DNA of 64,000 bases from Catajapyx aquilonaris (taxonomy: Eukaryota). The stretch spans positions 62,001-126,000 of the forward strand of contig JYFJ02000166.1 in the NCBI GenBank assembly GCA_000934665.2, written 5' to 3'. Under the pieces are notes generated by a model that saw only the letters and a program-made list of their open reading frames with translations, was not told where the DNA came from and made no database searches. Positions 10,611 to 23,585 of the stretch are shown in pieces. The number at the start of each line of letters is the position of its first letter. The stretch's first letter is position 1. The position numbers and the translations under genes were made by a program.

Positions 10611-13600
10611 TAGTACATGTATTGCAGTTCGTACAGACAATTCTTCGTGTACTGACATGCCAGACTGGTGTGGAACGAACTGTCCCAACGGTGCGGTGTG
10701 TAGTTGACCAGGTATGTCAATTTGCGCCGTACCGAGACCAGTGTCTATTTCCACTCTGGATTGCATGTCGATTCATATATGTGCTGACATGAGCACTGCG
10801 CGTCGTGCAGGGCAACGAAATAAACAATAAAATAATAATATATTTTTCTGGATGGGTGTGGCTATGGCGCAATGAATGGTTCGATTCATAAAGTTACATA
10901 AAGCTGCTTACAAACACACGCGTAACTCGAATGGTATTGACAGTAACCTATACTTTATTGCTTGCACGCTGTATACTTCGGAAGTGCTGCAGGCCATTGT
11001 GAAAGGGGAAATACAGCAGTATTTTTCAAGAGAGTATCATTAATCTTGTGTGACATTTACCATACAGCGTGTTTTGTACCCCATGCATGTTCGTGAGGTG
11101 TGAGAGGAGACCTCGGAATGCACACAAAACTATGCAGGTGTTTTAGAGAGAAAAAAAGTCGACCAATGCCAGGTAATTATTTTTTGGGCGGAGGACGATA
11201 CTATGTCACGCCTATAAACACGGCGGAGGCAGGTAGGACCATCCGGTTTTTTCATCTCCAAACCAACGTGTACTTGCCTAAGACTTGCCTTTAGTTTAAA
11301 CAGCGCCCGTAAATCATGTCACACGTTTGGAAGTCCATCCTTCGAGTTCTTTTTAACTTATTCCCCCAATCTCCGTGTAATCAAAAACCACAGATTCATG
11401 CGGGTAAAAGAATCGTGGAAGTTAATGGGCTGGTTGGGTGGTGGCGGCCGTGTTAGGAAAAATTACAAGAAGAAAAAAAAAGAAGTGCTGTGGGCAGTGA
11501 AGCCAGTCTTCTCCTTTGGTCGACTGAATCGACTCAGCCGAGTTCAGATCCTGCTTCTTTTTCGCCTGTCTCCCCTTTTCTTAGCTGCAGGGAACTGGTA
11601 GTCATTGTCAAGGTGGTCGCTAGAGGAAAATCACCTCACTGGTATCCTGTAATACGGGTTAGTGTCCGGTCCGAGTTAGGTTCAGGGTTATCGTGATAAT
11701 CGTAGCAGGCTGGCCCGTTCAAGGTTCAAAAGCGATTCGAGGTGGGAATCTGGCGGCCGGGGTTCGTTAGGCTTCTACATATGGCCCTCTCGGGCACGTT
11801 TGATGGGGAGAATTACGGAAATGGAGTGGAGATCACTATTTGGTAATCCTTTTTTTTTTCCAGAGCAGAGGGGTAGAGTGTTCGGGTTGTCTCGACCAAA
11901 TATCGGAGAGAAGGAATTTTCCAAGCATTCCTGAGCCAGGCTTGTGTCATGTCGGCTCAGGTCGACATGCTCGTTAGTATGCGGGTTGTGGCAGGGTTAT
12001 ATACCACGGAGGAATAGTTACTGGAAGTTTTTGTCGTGTCCGATTCATTTTATTTCTCTTTTCCATACCCAGCAGGCGGAGTAAGCCATGTGGTTGTGCG
12101 AGGTTTTAAAAAGTTTAGCTGGGGAGGCGTACATGATGCAAAATTCGTGGCCTCATGCAGATATCAATGATTCAGATGACCTACTGTACCTTTACCAGAA
12201 TTCGTTTGATTAATATTGCTTGAAGTGGTCTCTGAACACACTGGTAGCCGTTGCAGCTACAGCGCAAATTGACCTGGCTGATTACGTCCTGGCGCCTTGA
12301 TGGGCCTAAAGCAAAAAATAAGCGGGCAGCAGCAGGACCAGGTTAACTGGCAGATGCTCGGTGTCTCCTCAGTTGTCAGGCAGGGAATGCATACATGAAT
12401 AAACAGTTTGAGGGAGGCCGGGGAAAAGGGCGCGTCAGTCATCATCTTTTCATGGTGGCAGTTTGTGCAAGTCTGGAATCATCACCTAACGTCAGGTTCC
12501 GGGAGAAGCCCCGAGTCCAGCGAGCGGTTTATGTAGGCCGGGTCGAAATTAGCGATGCCTAGAAAAGCCCCGAGGGATGCTGTAAACACTATACCAGATA
12601 TTTTCTGGTGCAGAGCGGGTCCGAGATATTTTAGAGGAAAAGGAAAATAAAAATAAAACAGGAGGCGCATGTAAATTCTAGGGATGTCGGAAATCCTGTG
12701 GAAATATCCTTCCCGATTCTCATTTCGGGCCTCCCTCTGCAGTTTCCATTTTACCGTGGAAATGGCTGTTTGACCGCAGTGTGGTTGTCGCCCGTCTTGT
12801 GCCCGAGCTGGAGCCAATGAATATTTCAGGCGGCGAAGACATCTACAACTGGAGGAGGAAGGGGGGTTTGATTAAGTTGCAAGGCTAGGTTTTATCCCGA
12901 GTCCTCCCCCATTTCCTTCGTTTCCTCCCGCCCCCTCTTCTCTCCAACAAAGACGTCTGGCGCAATAGCTGCACACTGCACGTGCGTAAAACCGGAGGGC
13001 GAGGCGCGAAGTTATTCATCTCTCGACGACGACGACGCGACGGAGTTGGGCAGTCTGCTTATATATACGCTCCACTCGCTATAGCCTCGCCAATCTGACT
13101 ATAGATTTTGGCGAACACTGGAGAGAAAGGGTCAAGGAATCTTGAGATTCTCTTTTTGCAATTTTTTTTTAGCGCGCTTGCCGCTGTTATTATATGCTGG
13201 GGTTTCTTCCTAGTGCCAGGAATTTTGACTGCGTAAGGGGGGGGGGGGGAATGGGGGGAATAACATTGTGCAAAATTCAGGCCACGGACCTTTATTAATT
13301 TATCGATATCCGCAGCATGAGCAATGATTTATAATGCAGTTTTTAATTAGGCTGGAGGTGTACATGGACTGCTCGATATATATCCACACAGTAAAGTTTT
13401 ATAACTAAGATGCCTTGCAGCCTAACTTGCAAAAAAATATGTAATCTGTGCCCCCCACCGTGCGCCTTCATACCGTATGTAGCATACCAATAATCATATT
13501 AAAAAGTATATTTGAAAAAAAAATTGAACACTGCAGTACACTTTTCGTGGTGTGATATGCGCTTGGCTGATTTTATGGCGGTGCCTGAAAGGGGCAATGT

Positions 13601-16600
13601 GAACTTGTTTGACTGCATCGGCAATTTCAACAATTTCTGGTAGCCTAACCTAACATTATTATAGGAATGCTCTGGAAATTTTTTGATTTTTACGACATAA
13701 AAAGCAATTCCTATATCCTGATATTATTTTAGCGGTGCATTCTGTGGGCAAAGGCGTCACAAAGTCGGGTGGTAGCGGACAAGCGGTATTTTTTGTCAAT
13801 TTTTTTTTGGTATGCGTTTTATATACGAATCAAGGCTTGATTATAGTACTGTAACTTCCAGATCAGCAGTTTTCCGGAGGGCTGTAAAAGCGATGTTCAT
13901 GCGAGTCGTAGTGTATGCAAGCTGAGATGACCCCAAGGCACCGTATATCGGCTATTATAGCCCGCTGTCCCGAAAGGGCGTGTCGTATCGTCCGGTACAG
14001 TGCATTGCAAGCCCGTGCGAGGCTTCCAGACAGCGGCAAAATACAAGAGTCGTTACTCGTAGGTGAGGGGGGGAAATACTATTGCATTCGGTCGGTATCA
14101 ACACTATGGTCGTCGCGCTTTCGCTCCCGCTATTTTTTTAAAAGTATTTTAACGTTCGTTGGAAAGCTATAAAACCGAGAGGTGCTAGGATATAGCCTAT
14201 ACATGGCGGAGGAGTTTTATGCCTGGTGTACTGGTTGGGGAGGGGATCCGGAGCGTTATAATTCCAGCAGCCGGCGGGGCCATTTGTTGTCTCTGCAGCG
14301 TGAGTTCATAGAAATGCTTTTGTCATGTGTGTTGTTGCCGTTGCCCGTGGTAACCAGACGAGCGCGTGGTTGTGAACGCAAACAGTCGACCAAGCCTCTC
14401 CCCTATCCTCCCCCTCAACCTACCAGACCGTTTACCGGTGATAATCATCTTGTAATAGCGGGCAGTCCGTTTATTAGCGCATTCGGGGCTGATCTTAGTA
14501 TTTCATTGGAGAGAATATTCGCGCCTGAACGCACGATTGGGGTCCGAAATGGGAAATTATTGTTTTTCTCGCACGTATCGATAGGTTGGCTTTATTTAAT
14601 GCACGGTGGGATTTGGGAGGGGGTGGCGTGGGAGCAGGTGCGGTGTCACTGTTCGAAAATTGATGCAACGTGCGGAACTTTTGTGACATAATGCCGTTAC
14701 ATGCATTGAGTTATTGTTTACAGGCCTATTATCTTGCATATTATCGCAATCTGTATGCAATGGAAGTTTTATATATTGTTACTGGCAGGGTAGCGAGTGG
14801 TAGAGAGTGCATGCTTTAGGAGTTTAGGTGAATGCCTGTTGGTTAGCCAGCAGTCTGGGGCGCATAATTTGCACGTTTTGTTGGAGAAATTGTTGTGATT
14901 AATTTGTTCGATTTCATTTCAAATGAATTACGTTTACCTCGAGTTTACCTGGCACGAAGCGGAAGTTTCAATTGTTGATTGCTTGCTTGGAAGCATGACT
15001 TCAGTGACCTGTACAGTACAACTATTGAATGCACCCCTAAAAAATAACGCAATGCAATATGAAAGGCTTGCAATCATTTACACGACTTGGACAGTATGTA
15101 ACCTCGTTTGCCAGGAATCAGTTCGTGATACATGTTTCCAGTACTGTATATCATGGATCGAACCAAAACTGTACAAATCTGTGTCGTTTACTTTCGTTAT
15201 TACAGGTTCATTCAGCTCACTCGAATATTGCGAATCAATCCCGGAAAAAGCATCGTACGGGCTGACTCGTTATGGCGAATTACAGTACCATTTTACATGG
15301 GATTTCACGCTACTTAGGAATGTCTCATACTGTATTACATTAATGGAAATGAGTGAATATTGATGATAGCAAGCGTGAACATGATGTAGCGCGTAATACA
15401 TTGTTGCCTATACTTCAGAGCGCTATCTATTAAAGGTGCGTGGTCTACCGAGTAAATGCAGATTACTATAATACTCAGCGGGGATTCAAGGTGGCTGGGG
15501 AAAATGATTAACTCACTTTGCCAGCGCAATTGGTTTTATCTTGCCGTTTCATATTGTATACTTTGGGCGGAATATGGCTTAACACGGTGGCATTATGCCC
15601 TTGTATTGGAAATAGCATGGTATTAAAACCGCAGCCCAGGGAGCAATTAAGAATTAATTTCCCTTTCGGAAATCTTTGGCCAGATAATCCCCCCTTTTCC
15701 CCAGGTCGCCTCCACCTCTCCAATATCAGGCCAGCCTAATAAAAGCCCCCCTATGACACGAATCGAAGCTTGCTTGCAGTGCGGCAGCTGAAACACTTGC
15801 GTTTCGGAGGGTATAGGTGAATCAATAGAGAAGGTGGGTTGCACACGGACAGATTGACAAATTGACGGGGCAGACAATCCGCTAAGGGTTCTTTTTTTTT
15901 CTTTCTTCCTAAAAGTGAGGGTTAGTACTCGGTCCTCTGCATGAATGATGGGCTATCAGGATTGGGGAGTAGACTGGGGGGGGGGGGGATGTCATTCAGA
16001 TTTGCGTTTCATTCATACGTTCGCTCAGTTCACAATTGAAAGAGTGTAAAGGAGCATGCGGCACGATAATCACGAATTGAGTCGTAAAAAAATACAATGT
16101 AGACTTACAGTGTAACAGCCTTGCTCATTGTTTGCAAGCAGACTTGGTGTGGATAAGCGGTGCACTGACCTGGAGTACACTAACCTTGTTAAACTTAGAC
16201 AAGGATGGCAGTTGCAACTTTCTGTATTTTCCCAACCAAAGTTATTGGAGAAAGTGAGGAAAACACTTATCTCCAACGACCACATTTCACTAAGGGGTCT
16301 GGCTAAGTTCGGAAACATTGTTGAGATTGTGACAAGCTTGGTTTACAACTAATGTAGCTGCACTGTAGCCTTTCGTAAGCACCTTTCTCGGGATAACTTG
16401 TAAAGAACATCTCATCCGCACGACTTGGCACTTCATGTTTGGATATGCATAATGTTAGTAAGGTGGTAAGGAAACATTAAAATAAAATGCGAATGAGAAT
16501 TTTGTAACATTAAAAAAAAAGGAACTATTGAACCCATGTGCATGCCTTGGCCTTTATGTCATTGGCGCACTTTTAGGATATGGGTTGAAGAATACTGGGG

Positions 16601-16814
16601 CGAACAGAACGAAGCAGATGGCATTGGTTAGGGGGTTATATTGGCAGGGCATGAGTAACACGGTTCGTCAGCTCGCACTCTGCCTGTGTACATAAGAGCT
16701 GCACGATTTGGGGATGCCCCTGGAAAGCAGGCCTCGGTGTGAGCAGGGGAGCTGCGCGGTTGCAAATGCTGCAGGATGAGCGTGAAAATCCGCAGTCAAG
16801 GGAGGAAATGGCGG

Positions 16815-16835
16815 GAGAGAGAGAGAGAGAGAGAG
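16815..16835 (+). repeat. (GA)n microsatellite
   Basis: Directly visible. Confidence 0.95.
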
Positions 16836-19800
16836 CTAGAGAAGTCGGAGGTGGCGCCCAAGCGCAACCTTTTCCCCGCCGTTCTGGTAATTTATCGTGG
16901 CAATTTGAGACCTGAAGCCAATATGGTGAAGGGGGAGGGAGGGAAGGTGGCAGGGGAACGTGGCGCCGGTGGCGCTACTTCCACTTTTTGGAGCAGGTGC
17001 CGCCTGAGTTTGCAGCTTGATTCCATTCTGGCTGCATCACCCATATAGCGTCCGTAGAGCTATCTTTCTTTCTTTTTTCTTTTCTTTTTTCCTTTTTTGA
17101 GGGAATAAATGGAGCCAGACATATTCCTGGTGCTATGCTGCTGGATTTTTCCTGGTGTAAAAAAGAAACTCCACGGCCGGAAAAATGCAGCAGTATACTT
17201 TTTGTTATCTGATATACAGAATTTTTGTGAAAAGTTAAGGTGAGAGCACGAAGCCCTGCACATTTGTACCTGAATTTTTGATCTAAATTTGCTTATTCAC
17301 ATGCTTGTATTTATACGAGTAATTTGGCAATAATTTTGAATAGCTGGGCGGGAAGGTATTGTTGCATTATGATTTTAACCTTAAAATTACGACTACAAAG
17401 GATTTGACTGATTTATTAACAAAAGTCAGCATATCTTGATCTGATGGTGAAATATTTTGATATGAATCATCATAGACTTTCTACTGGCGGAAGTATATCA
17501 ATTAAATGTAATGCATTTCACACCATAAAATTAAAGTAACTTTTAATAAGGTAGTTTATTCATTTTGATCTGACATACAAGCGAATTCCACATGTGCCGA
17601 CATTATGTTATGGAAAAAATGTGATTGTCCATTTAGTTGTACAACATCTGCATCGATTTCCCCACACGTTCAGTGAATTAATTAAGTATGAGTTTCGCTG
17701 AGTCGTTCTTAAACATGTCGATGCGTAATTTGTTTGACGAAGGTGTTTGTAAAACGAAGTAGTGCTGAATGTGTTAGAGGCATGGCAGTGGTTTTGTGGC
17801 AGCCACTGGTTTGTGCAGCGTCCGCTGGTTGCCAAAGACCTTCTATTTTGAGATGGGGGTTATCCGTCAGCCGGGACGTAATGATGCAGGGAAGAGCGGG
17901 CCTGGGCCCAAAATGCTCCAAATTCCAGCTTGTTTCGCATTTACCGAAATAAGTTCTTGCGCTGGGACGCGGCCGTCTGTCCAAGACTCCCTGCTGGTGT
18001 ATACGTGCATGGAAGCTATTGCAGGCCTTCTTATTTTCTGCTCATCAGGTGCCGGCTGGATGCATAGTATTGTGCTAGTGCTGGCCATTGTTTCTGCAGA
18101 GCACAGGATGGCTCTGAAATGCATAGGTTGCTTCAAAATACAGCATCACGATGTGCTGAAGGAAAATGTGCCGTCGCGGTCGTAATGAGCAGACGGCTGT
18201 GAAAATCGGTCCTTTGCGGAATCGCGTCACATATTAAGGTAAAATGGGGTCAGGTTCTGAAGGACACGAGTGACGTCATTTGCGACGTTTTTGGGCGAAC
18301 TGCAATGATCTGATTTCCATTCAGGATGGTGCCTTGATGAACCCGTTAGAAGGAGCGCATAAACATTTTAGGCATATATTTTGTGTAACTGCTGTGATTT
18401 GAATTTTCGCACGCATAATCAGGTTGGAAAATTTACACCAATACTCATAAGTTGCAAGGTTATTAAAGAAACATATACCTATAGAGAACTTTTTTAAAGC
18501 GAGTTATACTTGACTATTGACCGATTACATTTGTTTTCCATTCGATGCTTGCGGCGTCATATGTGGGATTCATGTTGATGGCGTCTAATATTATGTGGAA
18601 AATTACCTTAGATAGTTCTTCAGTTTGCACGTCTTTTTGTCATATATTTGTACCGTGTTCTTGCACTGAACTATAGATTAGTAATAGGCTCAAATTACAT
18701 CACAATCGACTCTGGAAGATTGCATTCATCGATATAAATTTTAGTAGTGCTTTCAATGACTTGATGCTCCTTCTATTTCTTAATTCGTATAATTAAGTAC
18801 AGATTTTGTATTTTAAAATGCTTTAGTGTGCTGCCTACTTGGAATTTTATCTAGGACCTTGTGTGATGCGTTGTTCACTGCAGAGCTGCACACGAGCAGG
18901 CACTAATTCTCTCCTTGTGACAGTTCCGAATTATTATTACAAAAACTGAGAAATGTGTGAACAACTCAGGAATATTTTACCAGCGGGTTAGTGAACTCTT
19001 CTTCCCTCTGTAAGCGCCGCTTTAATAAAAGAAACATTTTATCCTTTTAAAATTCTTTGACCAGTGTGCAGTGTTTCATGCCATTCAGCTGGTATCACGG
19101 CCACCATTTGAGACAATCCGTAATCCGCTTCGAGTGCGGAATAAAAACTGAATCTTAAGATTATTTTGCCCCCGCGGGCCCAGCTAATTTGCTTCTACAA
19201 TTCCACCGCTGTATATTTTCCATTTCGTTTTCCTGTGCGAGTAACTGGTGCTAATTAGGTGTCATAATTACCCGCCTTCGTGATTCTTAGCTAGGTTCCC
19301 AAACGTGTAATAAGGGAGGGGGGAAGAGGTAGTTGTAAATTGTTTCTGAAAAGCTGAAACTGTTGCATCTGCTCCGGATCTCTCCACGTTTTCTCTGTGC
19401 AGGATTTTTGGAGTCGGATGTAATAGTATACCAGGGGCGGAAAATAGGCCAGAGTGGAAGTATGGATATTCTAATAAAATACGTACCCCGTTCGATGATG
19501 GAAGATATGGGATGTGTACAGTATATACTCTTGACAACTACGCGACCCGTGTGGAGCGTGTAGAATTGCTGTTTAATATTAATGCATCGGGATTGACAGG
19601 CCTGTTATATACTTTGAGCACTTGGGGAATAAACCATCCATTGCGGAGCTCTTTGCATGCGAAATCATGGCGATTTTTGGTCCGTTATTGGTCCAATTTT
19701 CTGCCAACGACCAGGGTTTATCTATATATGGTTGAAAGTCCTGCAGAGATCGAGCCTGCGAAACAAAATAATACGGAGAGGGCTTATGATCTTTTGAAAG

Positions 19801-19959
19801 GAGGGGGAAAAAAAAGGATGGCTGTCTATGTCCTCCATCCTGTTCTCTGTACATCTTAGAATGAAGGTGCTGAAGCGACGCTGTAAATCTAATGTGTTGC
19901 ACTTTTGAACTGCAGTGTCCATTGCATAAGTGGTGTAGCGTTAATTTGATAACAACTAA

Positions 19960-20410
19960 AAATTGATGCATTTGTCGAAAGATGCGACACACTGACACTG
20001 TGGTGGGAATCGCCTGGAATGGAATCCTGGTTTTAAACATTTGCTGTAGGCTATAACTTCTTGGTTTAATAGTAATTGTTGCATCGCAATAATTTAGGGA
20101 TGAGGTGGTGAATATACCCGTGAAATTGATGTAGTTGTTGGCAGACACGACCTCCCTGGAACAACACCCTGCTCAATATGGGAGTCTGACCCAGCGGCAC
20201 TTCTCTCAAAGGTTGAGGACAATGACCGGTATTTTACAGGTCTCCAGGAAGGGAACAATGAGAAAAGTTAATAATGAAAGTGAAGCGGATCAGGTCCAGA
20301 GGATGATAATGGGTCATTTAAGGGACGAAGTGAAGTAGAGGAGGACGGCCGAGGTTTTGTGGAAGGGCAATAAGGACGCCTCGCCAAATGACGAGGACAG
20401 GGATTTCATA
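19960..20410 (-). mobile_element. Degenerate Penelope-like retroelement fragment (RT C-terminal part)
   Basis: Minus strand: LDLIRFTFIINFS at 20299-20261 (cf. LxLIxFxLxxNxFxF), NNYINFTGIFTTSSLNYCDATITIK at 20139-20065 (cf. IxFTxxxSxxSxxFLDxxI), then IPF...CRI (cf. IPYSQxxRxxRIC). The catalytic YxDD region appears lost. Boundaries approximate. Confidence 0.45.
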
Positions 20411-23089
20411 TTCTCCTCTCTCGCCACCCCGTCACTTTACGGTCCACTTGCCTCCCATTAACTTTCAATTATAAAGTAAAAGTAATGGGAGCAGGTTCTG
20501 TGCAATTAACATCAACTGTTTGCGCGTGAAAATTCACGTAATAATTATTGCAACGATAAAGACGTAAGGGTTGTAAATTTTCGTGCAATTTGAAATGCAA
20601 GCAGGTGAATCTGTTTATGATATTTGCTTTCGCCGCTGACAATTGCATAATTATGTGATGTGTTACAGCTTTATATGAATTACCATAATGCGGGCTATAT
20701 TTTCTTTTCACCGTGTCGTGCGTCAGCTTCCTGAAGGGGAAAAAGAGCGATCCAGTAACTAATGGCGCTAATGTTGAACAATCCAGTGGGTTATCAACTG
20801 CGGCGACCTATCTTTCAGGATAGCATTTCACGCTCGATTAGTGTTCAGTGGATGCGACTACTTCAATCGGGGAAATTGCGCGGAAATAAGTGGTCCGACA
20901 CGGCACTCGGAATAGCAAACTGTAGCATTAGAGGACCCAACCAGCTTTATTTGCATTATTTATTGCACACCCCCCTAGTTTCCCCCCAAAAAATATAGCA
21001 GTGACGCATGATTTTTTTGTGTGTCGTCGACAATAAATCCCGACAGAGTTTGTGGTAGTAACCACCAGCTCACGAACTCATCAACTGCACTGGTCGACCT
21101 TGCTCGACTTCCACTCCCTTCATAACATGAACCACACTCAAGAAGCTGAGTTAATCCAATCGACTGCCGAGAGATTCAACCAGTCAAGGAAAATTCCAGC
21201 ACGACGAAGAGGACTGTAGCCTTTTCTCTTCTTCTTTTTTTTGATGTATATATTCTTTTGGCTTTTTTTTTTCTTCTTATGCTCCCTCCTCCCAGCCGTG
21301 ACTTTTTCTGCCCTCACCCCCACAACTTCTATGGTAGTAATAAAATACACTGGTGGGTTGAGGCACAGCTAGCTATAGCCAGCCAGGCAGCACCAAACGA
21401 ACGCTGCATGGTTTAGTGGATGGGGGGAGAGTAAAGGGAGGGAGGTAAAAAAAAAAAAAAAAATGGAGGGACGCCAAGGGTTGAGAGAGAGTGAGTCTGG
21501 GGCTGGGAGAAATGGTCGGAGGTGGAAAATTACCTAGGGTGCGGCCTGATTCTGCTTGTGTAACGGCCTCCCCATGAGCAGGGTGACAACCTGCAGTAGC
21601 TCGACCCCACGTAACTTTCAATGCCACCGTTTGCTGTCCGCGCTAATAGGAAAAGCGCCTCCTTTTTGGGGCGCAATTACAAAACTTGACAGCATTAGGA
21701 CTTTTTGGGGGTGACATGTTGCCAGCGCTGTGAACCCGCGGCAGTTCCACCTGTGACGCAATTGCCCTCTGGTGCAGGTGGAACGACATGTGCACTTGTC
21801 ATTTTCAATAAATTGATTATAGGGGGGAGGGGGGGGTGTTCGCTGGGCGGGGGTGGCGATACAAAAGCCGCGGCCTCGGCACCAGCATCATAATTGTACA
21901 CAGGGCACTGCTGCTGTGTATTATAGGAAGCGGGGATCATGCAGAGGAAGCTACGGGAGCGTGAATTTGCACGGATCTGCGAGCTTCAATGTCTGTCGTG
22001 CAAATGAGATTTTTTTTTTGTATATTTGCGGGGATGGCCTTGCCCTATTGCAAGGCGGGCATTTTTATTCGTAGTTAAGCAGTGATAGCAGAGCGAACTG
22101 TACCGGGCTACGGTGGGAGGGGCGGAGTAGAGAATTTGGGGGGTGTGGACGGAGGACCGGGGCGCTTGGTACGGTCTAATATTGAATGCACGGGGGACCC
22201 GAGACGACGGTGATTTCCTGTTGCAAGGGTGCAGGATTGATTCCCGGTGTCCCATTTCACATAGTCGACGACTCCTGNGGGGGGGTCGTATTGTTCTGTA
22301 GCTATATCGATGGCCGGTCAATTTCTTGGGTTGAAAGCGCGAGTAAGACAATATGCGTGTTGACAAACGCCTTCTAAAAAGAAACATCGGAAAACAATCA
22401 AGCTGGGTGAATAGTGTCGAATTTGCAAGAATTTGTTAGAGTATATCTGCCTTAAAAATCTGCCATTATTTTCATGTTCTGCTGTTTAAAAAATGATTCC
22501 TCTGTGTAAATATCAAAAATAAAAATGTACATGGTATTCAATGGAGCTCTTCGTACCTCCCGATCCTATAGCCCCCGTGCACTTAACGTGAAGACTTCTG
22601 CTGGAAGTACAGGAAGCTGCTGTATCCTATTTGTGATTTCTGTCAAGATATACGGTACACGAGAAAATGACCAAGGAGTGTCGCATAATAGCATGGTTCA
22701 GCAGACAACACGGGGGAACGGACCCAAGCCCTCCCGAGAGAAAATGACAGCCCCATGCCCAAATCATATGCAAGACTGCCTTGATATAGGGACTCGGAAG
22801 TCAAATGAAGAACAAACACTGATTCGGAAGAAGCCGGTTACCTTCGAGATATATATATATTTTTTTAAAAAGACGCGGGTAATTTTTGTAATTAGGCGAA
22901 CTAATTTGCTCAGGCTACAGAGAAATTTCTTTTTCATCTTGGGGTTATACTGTATATCTTTGCTAACATTATTTAATATGTGCATGGATTTTTATGCATT
23001 TAGTTCCTTAGTATTCCTTAGATTTTTTGTACTGCTATAGTATGCTAAGTGACATTTAGTCACGTTCTTCTAATACTCCCCCGGTGATT

Positions 23090-23585
23090 TCTTGTGGGCT
23101 TCCAGCAGTTTCTTGCATTTGATAGCCACATATAAGGGCATCAGTATGACATAAAACCAGCACCACTCCCAGTTGATCGCTGTCTATCTGCAATGTCCCA
23201 ATCTTGATTCCGCATGCATGACAATCTGTATATGGCATTTGCATACTGCCAGTTTCAAATCACGGCAACAATTACTCGCGTAATTGAGTTATACTCTTGT
23301 CGACAAGAGTAGGCAAATGACCTGTGACAGCCGCATGATTTATTCCATGTAGTAATAAGCTTTGCATCTTATCCATGACTAGACCTGGGAAGTCTTTCGT
23401 GCCGATGTGTTCACGAAAAGGTGGGAGAGACGGGAGCATAAAACGGCCGCGGCATCTTTCAGTAATTGTGTCATATACTCAGCACGCGCTTCTTCAGACA
23501 GGTGTTTATCCTGGAATCCTCTTAATTTCCACTTAGCCGTAACGTTTTGCAACTCACTTTCAAGGGTAGCGGAGTTAACTTTCAC
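23090..23585 (-). mobile_element. Degenerate CR1/L2-type LINE ORF2 reverse-transcriptase fragment
   Basis: Minus strand: LLKDAAAVLCSRLSHLF at 23465-23415 (cf. LLKDAAxxIxxPLxHLFN), a frameshifted FP..W(K)DAKLI (cf. FPxxWKxAKVxP), and IDSDQLGVVLV at 23187-23155 followed by KKLLE (cf. IDxGxxVGVVFLDxxKAFDxVxHxxLLxKL). Order and spacing are roughly right. Confidence 0.5.

Noticed and set aside
10860..10890. tRNA/SINE-like A box (TGGCGCAATG) and B box (GGTTCGATTC)
   Set aside because: The boxes are only a few bases apart, with no cloverleaf.
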